This document shows, in pieces, positions 1-14,501 of a DNA stretch of 64,000 bases; position 1 is the stretch's first letter, and every line of letters starts with the position of its first letter. The stretch is from Octopus vulgaris (lineage: Eukaryota). The stretch spans positions 37,386,001 to 37,450,000 of the forward strand of contig OX597826.1 in NCBI GenBank assembly GCA_951406725.2, given 5' to 3'. The notes under the pieces are model-generated. The model ran no database searches and was not told the DNA's origin. It saw nothing but the letters and a program-made list of their open reading frames with translations. The position numbers were made by a program, and so were the translations under genes.

Positions 1-1579
1 CCAGATAACCAATGGATACGTTTTTGAGCGTTTTTTGTGTCAATATCCTTGTGTACGAAACGTCAATGGAAAGCAGGACCTCTGGGTTACGGGCAAAGAG
101 AACGTGCGAAACCCTATGCGTGGCGCATTTCAGAAAACAGGCAATTTTTTAGACTTCTACTCTCTAGATTTGCTCTCATCGGACTTCACTATTTCCAAAG
201 CTGAAAACTGCTTTTAAAGGTCCCTAATATTAAACGATGGAAGCAATCAAAGAATACACACGACTCCTTTTACGTATTGCAAATCCGGTATAAATTTTAG
301 GTTGTACATTGAAAGAAATTACTCTTAAGTTGGAAATATGCAATATATGCGTTTCCCAAAATGTTCAGTTTTTCTTTTTAGACAGATCTGATATTTCCGA
401 AAACAATTTCAAACAGAGCGAGGCTCTGGTTCCCCCTGTCTTTTCAGAACACTGTTGAACAGACTAAAATATTGAGACCACATTTTAAAGATATTTTACT
501 GATAACATCATGATAATCAGTCATCACTTGCACAGTGCTCCCTCTCATTACAACAACTGCATATATACAAATTTATTACACTATTAAGAACAATTTTTTT
601 ACTTGAGGCATTGTTGAATATCAGTGATGATATAGAAACACTGAACTACCCAACTCTCTATTGAACAACTCATTGCCTTAGGAAAGTCTGATAACATTTT
701 GCTAAAGGAATCGTAAGACAACTCATGATTTATTTGTCCTTAACAAATCCTGCATATTAAAGCAATGGTTCGAGAAATTTACTAATAAACTACGTAATTA
801 GAGGCTCAACAACAGAGCTTGGTGCTTCTTTGCAGACATTTTACACATGGTCGTTTATCATTTTAACCATATATAATACGTTAAATGAAAAATTTTCATT
901 TAATAAACACGAATTATACTACAACTCTAACCAATATAATAAGATGGAAATAATTAATAACCAAGGGAAAATAATAATTATCTAAAACAATAAATGAGAT
1001 TTATTAGTCAGGATGCTGTATGCTACAACTGAGAATTCTCATAGTGAAACACAGTTTTCAACTTCGTTTAGTTTTCTGTTGCAGTGGAATAGCATTTCCG
1101 AACAACTATAAAACATAGCAAGACTGAAATTTTTTTTTATAAAAAAATAATCTTGAATTATTCAGTAATGAGCTCAGATGGAAATTTTCATAGTCACGTC
1201 TCACAATTAATGTCCCCTCAACCACACTGGAGCATATTTTGTTAAAAATGGTCGAATGAAATAAAAGAAAGAGGGGAAAAAAATTACAACATGACAGGGT
1301 TGGCAATATTGCTTCTTAATTATCATTTCAACTTCCATCAAATTATAATTTAAAGACAAGAATTTATAAAAAAAAATCACAGACAATATAAATAAACATA
1401 TAAAATAAGAAAACAAAGACTAACGAAACACAAAACAAAGAAAAGGTGCAATGTCAATTCATTTCTATTGATGTTGCAACTAAAACATTTGTAATGAAGA
1501 ATTCATAGTTTTGGTGATGGGTATCTTCTCTCACACAAATGGATCCTGATGGAAGACAATTGGAAATAATAACGAAATG

Positions 1580-1845
1580 AATAATAAAAATAATGATAAT
1601 AATAATAATAATAATAATAATGATAATAATAATAATAAAAATCATAATGATAATAATAATAATAATAATAACAACAACAACAACAGCAACAGCACTGAGA
1701 GTACTTGATATTATAATTCATGATAACAAAAATGCTACCTCTACCATTAATAATCCTAATAATAATAATACTAATGATACACAAAGTAGTTAATATTAAT
1801 ATTATTATTATTAATGAGAAGAACAAAAACAATACTACATTTACC

Positions 1846-1888
<43 letters not shown>

Positions 1889-1921
1889 GTAACAACAACA
1901 ACAATAATAATAATAATGATA
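1580..1921. repeat. Compound (AAT)n/(AAC)n microsatellite
   Basis: Long interrupted AAT/AAC runs; source of the poly-I/L/N pseudo-ORFs. Confidence 0.95.
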
Positions 1922-4399
1922 AAAATACTTGTAAAAAAGGGAATCAAATGAAGATATATTAGCAAAAATATGCAATAGAAATCATTTTTCACTAATATTA
2001 AATTTAATTGCTGCCAGATTTTTTACCATTTGCAATTAATGCAGCAAGACATTTCAATTTCAATACAAATGAATTGAGAGTTATCAAATTCAGATTAATT
2101 ATTCTTTTTGCTCTTTCACTTTCAGACTTCGTATTTTTTTTTACACCTCTAACTCACCTCTCATAATTTCGTCAATTGCATACCAAATATGATGCATCCA
2201 ACCTTCCCGTTTCAGGTTTTTAGTTCTAATATATCGGGTTCAATCTTATTATTGTCGTTCGTCTGCCTTATTTATGATGTTTGTTACTGAACCAAATATT
2301 AAAGATTTGGGATCGCCGAAAGAGATGGGTATATGAAAGAGTTCGCAGTTATGTATTTGGGAAATTATGTAATCTTAGTTTTGTAGTGGTTAATGTATTG
2401 CATGCCAAAATGGAACGGTCTGTACTTGTAAATAATGGCTAAAACAAAGGTCGTGACTCGTATATATTCAATCCTAGCAGTAAATAAAATCCATCGAACT
2501 ATTGTTGCTAATTAGGTCATTGGAAACAAATACTCCTATGATACACAAAACAGTAAAACATATATGAAGGAAAATATTCAGTTGGGTCCTTATATCATTA
2601 TGCTGACCGTTTTATGACCCAGGACCCACATAAGAAAAGAAGACTGTGCCAATATACGTTGATATTTACAAAATAAATAATTAAAAGTTTAAGACAAGCA
2701 CCAGATTCTTAATCATTCTTGATAACTTTCGATTTTATAAGCGGAAATCGTCAGAAATTGCTCCAGGTATCAATAAATGGGGGTGCGTTTCAAGGAGCAA
2801 ACGTTTATGAGTCCGGGTTATTAGATAAAACTGTCATATCATATTTTTCGTCTTAAATACAGGAAACACTGGCAATTCAGTGACTTAGCTTTTTCACAAA
2901 TTGTGTCTTACTGATTTTGTCGGTGAAATACACAGCCAATTATGTTTTAATTAATGTCTTCAATAGATTGCACAATTTACTGCTCAAGTTTGAAGCCATC
3001 GAATGCTATGTTATATGTCACATGTGTCTTAAAGAGTGAGGTGATTAGATTGGGAAATCTTTCAAGATGTTTATGCTCGATCAGAGTTGACTGGAGTTAA
3101 ACAACAGCGTAAAAACGTAAGCATTTCTCTAACTTTACACCTACCCCTATATCATTCTTGTTTTCTACTGCTATATCTCTCCGAATCATTATTGATATGA
3201 TTTATTTTGAGTATAAACTATACGGTTTTTAATGAAGAGAATTGTTGAAAAATATTGCATACAAGGAGCTCTCAACGACTAATGACTAAGCAATAAATCT
3301 GTTACTATATCTGCTCAAAATATTTAATATTTTCTCACATAGTTGGAGAAGCTAAATATATTCTAAACAACACCAGTAATGAGGGTTTATTATGCTGTAA
3401 AATAAAATTACAGCAATTTGCTGTATTATAGATTAATTGCTTTAAAAGTTATTGAGATATTTTAGTTACACCGAGAAATTTGTTCCCTCACAAATCTCTT
3501 ATACCTGCAGTCTAAATATCTTTAAGCTGAGCTACTTAAAAAAACAACAGCCTGGAAAACACGACATACAGAATATCTAAACGTCACATGGCCAGCAGTC
3601 ATCTGTGCCAAGTTGTGTTGCTTTACGCGAAGTTCCAGCTAGCTTGATTCAAAACTGTGGACATCTCCTTGGAGCATATATACTTACAACCAAATATACA
3701 TATACACACTATTATATACACACATACATACATAATGACATATATACACGTTCATACACAATACATACATACATAGTTACATACATACACACACATACAT
3801 ACATAATACATACATACACACATACATAATACATACATACAACCTTATATACATACTTAGCCATGTACGTATATTTCCTATTATATATATCAAGAAGATT
3901 TACGCAAAATTAAGAATTATTTGCAGTAAAATTGAATGCTCTGAGATATTTGCTTTGGGCCTCCTTTACGTGCAGTCATGTGAACATCACTGTTCATCCT
4001 CTGAACATCTGCTGCTAGTTTTAAGTAATGCAGAATTTGTAATAAAGTCGCCGTTTGATAGAGAAGCATCGGCACATTGGAAGAGAAGAGAAAGCGTTGT
4101 AACATATTAGTCGATCAACATATTAGTCAAATTGGAGAAACTTTTAAAGTTTAACAGCCAGAAGAAAGAAATTAGCCTCATAAAACTTAGATTGAGTTAT
4201 TTATGGAATAACATTGGAGTAGTAACTGAGCTGTACCAATACATTCTAGCAGGAAATACACAAAGGAATTTTCACAATAAACGCCATCGAAATACTGTAG
4301 TTTGAAAAATCAGACTTATTCAAGCAATTTCACTCACCTCCACTCTCTATCTCCCCTCGCTCTCTTTTTCTCTCTCTCTCTCTTTCTTTCTCTCATTCA

Positions 4400-4435
<36 letters not shown>

Positions 4436-4606
4436 TTATTTCTCAATTTCACAGTTTCATTTAACCTCTCTCTTTTTCCTCTTTGTTCGTTCACGTAAAA
4501 TAACGAAGCCGTGACCTATTCACAGAATTTGAGAAACTATTGAAATTTGTTTTCAAAACAAATGCCACACACACACAAACGCATACACGTATTTATATAC
4601 ACACAT

Positions 4607-4732
<126 letters not shown>

Positions 4733-5389
4733 TGAATAAATAAATATATATAGACAGATAAATAGATAGATAGTTGATAGATACATACGTACATACATAT
4801 ATACATACATATAACGAAAATATACATGAATGCTTAAATACACACATTAAGCAGATAGAAATGAACATACGTGATGAAATTTCTTTTTATTAGGCAAATC
4901 TAATTAATTTATTGTTTATCTCAAGAGATAAATATTTTCTTTGATTTCATTTAAAGTTTACAAAAGTTCCCAGTGTGGGGACCTAAAGATGAACATTCCA
5001 TCAAAATAGAAAATACCCAGATCGGTTCCCCTATTTACCATTGTATCAAAGTGTACAAGAAGACGCTGAGCAAGTAACCAAAATAACATTACAATCTTGA
5101 TTTTTATCGTTTTTATAGTTAATGTTATATAGTTCATATTTGATGCTTTTTACTGATATAAAACACAAACATGATGCACCTCTGTAAACAAATTTATAAT
5201 ATACTGTAATAGCTGTGCAAATTTACACGCACACAGACATTCATATATTTCACTTCTATATACATATATGCTTATGGAGTATACGTAAATGCATGTGTGT
5301 GTACGTGTGTGTGTATGTGTGTGTATATGTGTCTTAGTGCGTGCGTGTAGTAGTGTTTGTTTAACGTTCATCTTCTATTAGTAATGTAG

Positions 5390-5714
5390 CGAAGGCGCGT
5401 GGCTTAGTAGTTAGAGCATTCAGCTCACGATCGTAATGTCGTGAGTTCAATTCACGGCGACGCGTTGTATCCCTGAGCAAGACACCTCATTTCACGTTGC
5501 TCCAGTCCACTCAGCTGGCAAAAATGAGTACTACCTGAATTTCGAAGGGCCAGCTTGTCACACTCTGTGTCACGCTGAATTTCCCCGAGAACTACGATAA
5601 GTGTACAACGTGTCGTGGAGTGCTCAGTCACTTGCACCTTACTTTCACGAGCAAGCGGTTCCGTTGATCGTATCAGCCGGGACCCTCGTAGTCGTAACCG
5701 ACAGAGTGCTCCTT
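5390..5714 (+). mobile_element. Full-length tRNA-derived SINE (CORE-like centre) with 14-bp TSD
   Basis: A-box-like TGGCTTAGTAGTT, B-box-like GAGTTCAATTC, CORE-like GTATCCCTGAGCAAGACACC; TATTAGTAATGTAG duplicated at 5376-5389 and 5715-5728. Confidence 0.9.
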
Positions 5715-7931
5715 TATTAGTAATGTAGTACATCACACCTGAGGCCTAACACCTATATTAGACACCACTGTTATCGAACACAATGTTCTGACTCAATATA
5801 TCGATTTACATAGTTGTACTGATACAGAATATAAGTGGAGTATCTGTACAGGAAAAAATCTTGGTGCAGTATCTATTATCACAAGATCATTTCTAAATTA
5901 AGTTGGCTAATTTTCTAATCAGATATTTTATAAATATTAGCAGTTGATTGATTTTAATCGTTTTAGCAAGACTCTAACTATATTATTATTCTTCCAACAA
6001 GTCTTTCCAAGATTTTTTCCCTTTTCTTATCTGGATTTATTGTGAAATAAATGGTTGTGTTTCAATAATTATTTAACTTACAAACAATAATATTCATTGA
6101 AAGAGTTATTCATTATTTAGTTAAATGATCGACTCACATCGTATTGGTTAAATTCAGTTAGATTTGTAAACTTATTCTTCATGATAATTCTACATCTTAA
6201 TGGTTTCAACATCCTGAGGCATACATTTTTGAATCAGGTTGATAATTAACACCTATTATAATATAGGAAATCTCTTTATCTATGCATAATCCACGACAAT
6301 TATTAGATGAAATTCTTTGAAACATGATCATGACGTCCTTAGTAAAACCTCATTAGACAACAGAGACTTAAATATCATTATAAAGATGTGAAGGCCACTT
6401 CTGGTATAGTTGTGCTCTTACGTTTGTTCTATCAAGAGAGACGTTAGTCTGTACAAAAATAACTGCAGCAACAACAAAAGCATTTATCTGAATATGCATG
6501 ATATATTTTAATTTTGATATTTGATTCCATTGGTAAATATATATCAAACGATCCATTAGCAACCATCGTCATATTGCCTTCCCTGTATATACTACAAAAA
6601 AAAACTCTCGGAAACGCATGTGTGTGTGCGTGTGTGTGTGTGTGTGTCTGTGTGTATGTCTGTGTCTGTGTGTGTGCATGCGCGCATAAAGCAGAATTCT
6701 GTTGAAGGGTTACAAAAAACCGTAAACGACTTTGAAATCTATTTCCAAATAACCTTTATCTTTTACTCCTTTCCGTCGTCTGCAAGTCTGCTTGAGTGAC
6801 GTGTCACACCATGCCGAAGTCTATATAGATATCTACCGCTCACTTAACACCAAGAACGTGTATCTCAGAACCAAAGCTTAAAATTGTTTGAAGATAAGTA
6901 CGTAGTGTACGATTAAAGCATTTCAACTCTATTTGACAATTTTATAAGCTATTTACCACCAATATATCCTACATATCTTCTTTTAGAGGCGTCGGGATTT
7001 ATAATTGCAAAATGGCAGCGATGTTAATTGTATAATATTGAGACCGGTGGTTTGATTTTTAGTTTCTCTAAATGAACTTGCGATCTATGTATTAGGCCAT
7101 AAGCAGAGAACGGCAAAGGAAATAAATATAATTTCCATGTGCAGCTGTTTCTAAAACAGAAAATATTTAGTATGCATCGAATCACATTGCTTTATGAACA
7201 TGCTACAATAGTAGTCAGTCTTCTGTTCTTGTAATACGATTTACCTCAGCGACTCACTCAAATCTTGATTCTTATAAAAGCTGAACTGGTTAGAGATAAG
7301 GAAATAGAGATACTAATGCGTTTTACTATTATTCAATTATTCATATGACTTGATATTATACAAAATCAAATAAACGAATATCTCATACAAACATTATTCT
7401 TCCATAACAAATGCATATTAATATGCAGAAATGAACGCCAGCTGCATTAACTGACTTCAGGCTTAGAATACCAAACTGATTAAATATGTAAAACTTCTAC
7501 ACTGTAAATATCTTTCTCATTTGATAACGGCTTAACATTTTTACAAACATATTGATGGCGAATCTATAAATCAATTTTATACTTAAACCGTTGTGTGTAT
7601 TCGTACTTTTAAAATTACACATTCTTTAGATTAAAGTCTAAATGTCCGTGAGGTAGACACAATATTAGTCTTCAAAGCATATATAGCCACGTGTGGTAGA
7701 TACAAAATATACACAAACCCACGCACACACACACACGCACACACACACATACACACATATACGCACACACACACACATACGCACATATACGCACACATAC
7801 ATATATATATCATATAGCTATAAACAAATAATTGCTATATGATAAGTACACAATACGATAACAGAATTATGAAAGTGTATACTGATAGATCATAGATAGG
7901 ATTCATTTACATTAGTGTAATCGCAAATTGT

Positions 7932-8150
7932 GGAGGTGCTTAGCTTCGTGTTTAAGTTGCTGCACTCATTCTCGTGATCGTAAGATTGTGGTTTCGATTC
8001 GTGGACCTGGCGATCCGTTGTGTTGTTGAACAAAATACTTCATTTCACGTTGCACAAACCGCTCAGCAGGCAAAAAGTAAGTTATCTTGCGACGAACTGA
8101 CAATTCGTCCAAAGGGTAATAATTTCACCAAAGAATCCAGGAAACGTTTC
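7932..8150 (+). mobile_element. Decayed SINE related to 5390-5714
   Basis: GATCGTAAGATTGTGGTTTCGATTC...CATTTCACGTTGC...CTCAGCAGGCAAAAA matches the 5390 copy with many substitutions. Confidence 0.7.
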
Positions 8151-9610
8151 TTGTGAATGGATCGAAAAAGACATCTGACTCTTTTGAATCTTAAGTTAGA
8201 CTTTTATCTATTATTTGAGAAACAGAGTAAATGTTTATATATATAGTTCATATACATGTGTATGGATGTATCTCTCTCTATATATAGCGGTGTGTTTCGT
8301 TATTAGTTTGATAAACAAGAAGCTGCACTATATGGCGAGAGTTAAGTATCATTTATACACACATAAGTATGTATGTATGTGTGCGTATGTATGCGCGTAT
8401 ATGTATATGCGTGTCTATGTGCATAGTACATGTATGCATTGTTTGTATATGAGCCAATAACGGTAAATTTGCAACCTCCAATTTCACAAATTAGTCACGT
8501 ATTATACCTGAGCGATATTTCTCTAGAAGCCAAAGGATATTTGCAGTCTAAAGATAACATAACGCTATTATTAGTGGTATGATATATGTATACAATATTT
8601 AGTCATACTACTTATATCCGTTAAGGAGGCTTGTTATTAAACTTTAAAATGAATGTAATTTTAATATATCTTTACTAATTACTTAAAAATTAAATAATAG
8701 ATAAAGCACTGAAAAGGTGGACCCATAATGTTTATTCGTCACTTGTATTAGGTTTATGAGAAACCTCTTTTGTATGTAAGGGACTCTATAGGGGGTTGTG
8801 TGGTAACAACAACGCTCCTGTAAAGGGGTTGGTTACATCGAAATATTGGAAGGATGAAACATAGACCAATGAACAAGAATATTATTCCTGCTTTAACGGT
8901 GTTCTGTTGGCTACAACTGCCAACAAATCTCATCATTATGTATTTAAATATCCCTTTGATGTTGTTTGTTTAATGCAGGGACTTTCGTCCGTAATGCGTA
9001 GCATGCATAACTGATATCGCCTGGAACTATTAATGGATGGCCTGCTCTGCTGAGTCTGCGGAAATAGCTGCTCGGGATTTTTCATTTACAGTTATCAGTT
9101 CGCTTTACGAATGAATCTCAAAAAGGCAGAAAAAAAAAGAAAAACGATTGCCTGAGTAGCGACTCCTGCAAACCCAAATTTGAATAAATATTATTTCAGC
9201 CTACAAGTATTGAAAATTGTTTTTCGCATTACTGCAAGTCACACATGTATGAACATGTAATCATCATAAACATACAAGAGCATCTACACGAACGCATATG
9301 CGAAGACTCGCGCGCACACACATGCATATTGGTTTGTCTTTGCAGATTTCCATAAAAATATTGGAGTTTGTCTAAAGTCGATGATTCTCTCCATTACTAC
9401 TGATATACTTGTATATATGTATGTATGTATGTTTATATACATATGTATCTAGGTGTGTATTTGCTTATGTATCTAGATTTTTCATCTATGTGCACGATAA
9501 ATAGAACGAGTGCATGGAAGAGACGTTTAGATAAATTGATATAGGTGCAAAAATGCACACTTCAGCTGTTTAGTACACGCACGCACGGACACACACACAC
9601 GAACACACAA

Positions 9611-9645
<35 letters not shown>

Positions 9646-9686
9646 CGCACAAGTATATATATGTAAATTATAATATATATTATCAT

Positions 9687-9717
<31 letters not shown>

Positions 9718-9771
9718 CACGCACGTACACACTCTCACACACACATAGATAGATAGGTACAGATATCGATA

Positions 9772-9837
<66 letters not shown>

Positions 9838-9866
9838 ATCATATGCCTAAATACACACGCGCGCAC

Positions 9867-9912
<46 letters not shown>

Positions 9913-11489
9913 GTGTGTGTGTTTCTGTGTGGTTATCTATGTATATATGTATGAATGTATATGTGTGTGTCAATTAGAGAAGAGAAAGGGAATTTGAGGG
10001 AGAGTAATCGAATAATCAAATTCTCGGAAAACAATATAGGAAAACGAATGGCTTGATATGAAACAAATCTGCCAAATATACAACAATAACAACAACTACA
10101 ACAACAACGGCAGCAACTGGGAAGGGCAAGTAAAGATATAACTACTTTTCTGTGGAAATTAGTTTTGTAAATTATATTACGATATTCAAGTATGAAATTG
10201 CTAAACATTACAAATAGAAATTTTCGGCAAAAGAAAACAAACATTTTTTTTTAAAACAGAAGCTTAGATTAGCGTTGCAAAGGATATTGAACTATTTGTA
10301 GATAAGTGGAAAATATATTTCCTTAGATAATATTTTATCTGAAGTCTTCTCTCTCGCGATATTTGCAGAATTATAAAAGTTTTAGGCTTATAGATTACTG
10401 TCGTTTTATACCCATATATTTTGGTCGCAATTATATTACTAATGTGTAATGATATTAAAAGTAAATCTTGTTAAAATAATTATTAATCTCAGTCATAACT
10501 TTGTATCGCATAAATGAAATGAACGTTCATAACTGCTTGGAGATAATGTGAGACCAATTGTATCCATTAATGGGTGAAAATATTCAATGCCCATTACAGA
10601 TAGAACTGACAAATCTGGATTGAATTATTCCGACTACTTCAAGAAGATTACTCGACCTGTACAACGTAGAAGCGATGAATTCTTGTGCTATGTTGTCTAA
10701 AAAGATCAAAAGAAAGAAACAAGGACAACAATAGGTCAACAAACGGGGAACTTGCAGCAAATAAATTTTTAAATGTGTTAACACACTCAGAAGATAGACT
10801 CTAACATAAACACTGAATTGGAACATATTTTAAAGCGATGCAGGTAAAAACTTAGGCAAAATATATAAGGTGATGTAAATACATATGCAGTGTGATACAA
10901 TATCTTGCCTTTGAATTTATTTGTTGACATTAACTATCAAATTTTACTTGAACACTTAACTTCATTCCTTAAAGGTGTTCTTAAATTACTCATATGATTT
11001 ACAAGTTGCAATTCTTCAGGAGTTACGCCTGATGCAGGCATGGAGTAGAGAGAGGGAGAATGTCGTTCATGATGTCACGAATGGTGACGAAAGGACTGTT
11101 TGATTGACTAACCCAGCAATTAATCAAACAACTAAATAAAAAATACTTCATTAAATGATTAACTAATTGTCTAATAATAATAATAATAATGATATTAATA
11201 ATAATAACAAAAGAGCAGAAACTGAAGTAGCGTGTATTTAATACTGGAGTCTCTTTTCCCGATGAAGTTTAGTAAGATAGAATTAATGGGCTGACGTTTC
11301 AGCAAAGAAACTCCGCTGTCATTAAGTGAATAATTACCCGCGAACTGTTTATTTTGAATGTAGCATTACAATCCAAACATTTGAAACAAATTTCATTTAT
11401 AACACTTAAAATAATTATGTCACCATTATAATTAGAAAGACTAATCAAAGAACATCATTTCGCATATAGAGAAAGGTATACACATAATT

Positions 11490-11697
11490 ATTCTTCCTCT
11501 CTTTGGCATAAGGCCAACAAATTTTGAGGGGAAGGGGAAGTTAATTACATTACTAAATTGGTCCTTATGTCGGTCACCAGAAACAATGAAAGGCAAAGTC
11601 GACCTTGGCGGCATTTGAACTCGAAACCTAAAGAAATATGAAATTACTTTAACCATTTTTTCGGCGTTGCTAACGGTTACGGTGCTGCCTGCTTACC
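11490..11697 (-). mobile_element. Decayed tRNA-derived SINE (Deu/Nin-domain type)
   Basis: ATGAAAGGCAAAGTCGACCTTGGCGGCATTTGAACTC is the reverse complement of the B-box plus central domain of the 33407 SINE. Confidence 0.8.
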
Positions 11698-11823
11698 GAC
11701 ACAGACACACACATAATTTTAATTCGGAATCTAATAACAATATTCATATATATATATACCAGTATACATATACATGCACAACACACACTCACTCACACCG
11801 CAGACACACATACACACACACAT

Positions 11824-11859
<36 letters not shown>

Positions 11860-11869
11860 TATATATACA

Positions 11870-11938
<69 letters not shown>

Positions 11939-12145
11939 GTGTGTGTATATATATACCGAATTTTCTAGAGAACAATTTTTCTTAGTAGTCAGACCATATG
12001 GGGTCTATCTTTAGCATATTAGGAATTCACCTAGTGGTCACTCCTCTTATATGTATGTAATATAATTTTCTGAATCTTCTGATTTTTTGCAATATGGTAG
12101 GCCACTTGTTTAAACTGATATTAATTTAATATCAATTTTTACCCT

Positions 12146-12186
12146 TGGCCACAGCACGTGAGCTGAAACTAGAGGAAATAAATAAA
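12146..12186 (+). mobile_element. Short LINE/SINE 3' tail fragment
   Basis: TGGCCACAGCACGTGAGCTGAAACT matches TGGCCACAGCTCATAAGCTGAAACT at 23951; followed by (AAAT)n. Confidence 0.55.
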
Positions 12187-13387
12187 TATATATACATACA
12201 TATATATATATATACACATATGTGTGTGTGTGTCTGTCTGTCTGTATGACTGTGAGTATCAGTAAATGCTTGCATGTAGAGAAGATCACATGCGTACATC
12301 CAAATCGTGTCAAATGCTTTTTCAGGAACATTGCTTCTCTCTTGTTCATTGGCAAACATAGTTTTGTGCTCTGCTGACCTCCTTTTGTACTAAATACATT
12401 CCGGAAAATTTTCTAAATAAGATTTATTATTTGTTTAGTTACCCGATATATCTTAATAGAGGAAATATTGTGATCCTGTAGATATCAAACTCAGTTTGCA
12501 GCTGTATGTTTGTTGCATATGTTATCAGCGCTGTCGGTGCTGGTCCTTTGATCTTGCTTTCATTTTCTTTAATGCTAAGTTGGTGCTTTCAAGTCGATAT
12601 TCTTAAAATTCTCGCAACATAGCTATAAGCGTTTGTTGCACTTATAGTTACGTTGATGTTGATGATACTCTAGCCATTGTTGCTGAAGTCAGGGAGTGAC
12701 TTACTCTAGATGGAATATACCATTTTTATATGTTATATACTTTGTATAAAATAAAACGAAATTAGCGAGAGAAGAAAATGTTCCTTCCGCACAGGTTATA
12801 ATCTAAAGACAGGAACCAACTTACGTAGTAAAAAAGAGAAACAAAAGATATTTCCTCGGCATGCTCATAATTATTCACGTGTAGTTAAGAAGGAGTGGGA
12901 AAATGTCTGTTTTCAGATACTTTGATGTTATTGATGGATCAACGTCATTTCTATGGATTAGTGACATGGACACAACCTATTGATTGTTGTCGGATTTGTT
13001 TTTCATTCATCTTTCATTGCCAGAACAAACGGAATCATAATAATATCGTACATAACGGATGCGCCGGAAGATAAGGTTTTGTTGCCAGTATTTAGAGTAT
13101 AGGTGAATATGCCATTAATTCCCACATCAATAAAAGGAGAGGAAAGGTGCAGAGATATACTCTCATCATAGAGAAAATACATTTGTCAGCATCGGAAAAG
13201 AGTTGAGGCATTACACTGTAGACTTAGAGATTTGGTTCCGTGTATTCCCACCAACAAGAGTAAGGTTCCGCCGACATATTCTACATGTCGATAAAGGATT
13301 TACGGAAAGACAACATAAGACATATTCAGTCAATTGCGCGCGTACTTGTGTGTGTGAAAGTCTGTGTGTAAGTGTGTGTATGCACAG

Positions 13388-13501
<114 letters not shown>

Positions 13502-13540
13502 ATGTATGCATATGTATGTATATATATATATATATATATA

Positions 13541-13712
13541 GTTAATCCAAACAAGAAAACAAAAAAACACAACAACGCAAGGACGTGGAACAAATAAAGT
13601 ATTATTGGACGCTTAGGAAAGAAGGGAAGAAGGAGGGTTTAACGTTTCGAGCGGAGCTCTTCGTCGGAAACATAGGAGAAGGAAAGATCCCGAGAAGGGA
13701 AGACAGAGTAAA
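13541..13712 (-). mobile_element. Penelope-type pseudo-LTR fragment, family A copy 1
   Basis: Reverse complement aligns with 16600-16770 and is colinear with 15420-15610; abuts a (TA)n tract; contains a hammerhead motif. Confidence 0.75.
13637..13671 (-). ncRNA. Minimal type I hammerhead ribozyme, variant core CCGACGA
   Basis: Minus strand GTTT-CCGACGA-A-GAGC-TCC-GCTC-GAAA-CG-TT-AAAC: helix I GTTT/AAAC, helix II GAGC/GCTC, palindromic helix III AACGTT. Confidence 0.65.
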
Positions 13713-13853
13713 AGAAATGGAAAAAGGATTCACAATGACCTCGAACCCACAAGAGGAAACGAGAGAGACGGAGGCAGGCTGAACACTGTGCAAATATTCT
13801 TTTAAAAGACTTTTCTTTTAATTTTTCCAAAATTTAATTGTTTTCTATTCTTA

Positions 13854-13889
13854 CAGTTGAGGAGGTCTCGATGACAGAAACCAGTACTG
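13854..13889 (+). ncRNA. Decayed type I hammerhead motif (family B)
   Basis: CAG-TTGAGGA-GGTC-TCGAT-GACA-GAAA-CCAG-TA-CTG; three substitutions away from an intact CTGAGGA / GGTC-GACC / ACCGGT motif. Confidence 0.5.
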
Positions 13890-14453
13890 AAATGTTTTTT
13901 TATAAAATTATTTTAGCATTTTCTACCTTGACTATTTTTTCCATATATATCAACTCGTGTGTGCCTTTTCAACCTTCTACACACACACACACACACATGC
14001 ACACGCACACACGAACATACATATATATATATATATATATTATATGCAAGCTTTCTCTCTACTCTCTATGTGCATACAGACGTTATCTATATACAAAGTT
14101 GGTTATATGAAGTTTACACTGTCTTTAGGAGAACTCGCTTGGATAATTACTACATCCTTAGATCCGCTAGCTATGAAACATATGTAGCCTGGATTTTATC
14201 TACTCGATACCTTAACTTTTGGTTGTTTGTTCGCATTTACAACAACGCTTGTTGCTAACCATGAACTATGAAATAAACTTTTTTCAGCTTATCGTACTTC
14301 GATACGGGAAAAATTCACAACCATCTCCCCCCCAAAAAAAAACATTTTTTCGTGAAAGTTGTTTTTTTATATCTGCCGCAGACTGCTTGAAGCTCACTAA
14401 CTTCATACACCTTGATCCGTGGAACTTATCTTTACATATATTTGCAATATATG

Positions 14454-14500
<47 letters not shown>

Positions 14501-14501
<1 letters not shown>

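Noticed and set aside
2722-2758. Minus-strand CTGACGA...GAAA
   Set aside because: Helices I and III do not pair convincingly
4481-4500. TTTGTTCGTTC, similar to the miR-375 5' end
   Set aside because: Match ends after 11 nt and there is no precursor hairpin
5391-5460. tRNA-like heads of SINEs as tRNA genes
   Set aside because: No full cloverleaf; they continue into SINE bodies flanked by TSDs
11289-11330. Minus-strand TTAATGA-CAGC..GCT-GAAACGTC hammerhead-like remnant
   Set aside because: Two core changes and weak helix I; possibly a decayed copy but not supportable alone
11985-12020. Minus-strand CTAAAGA-T-AGACC..GGTCT-GACT
   Set aside because: Good helix II but both core halves are altered
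14150-14195. GAAACATATGTA in a TA-bounded island
   Set aside because: No recognisable CUGANGA upstream
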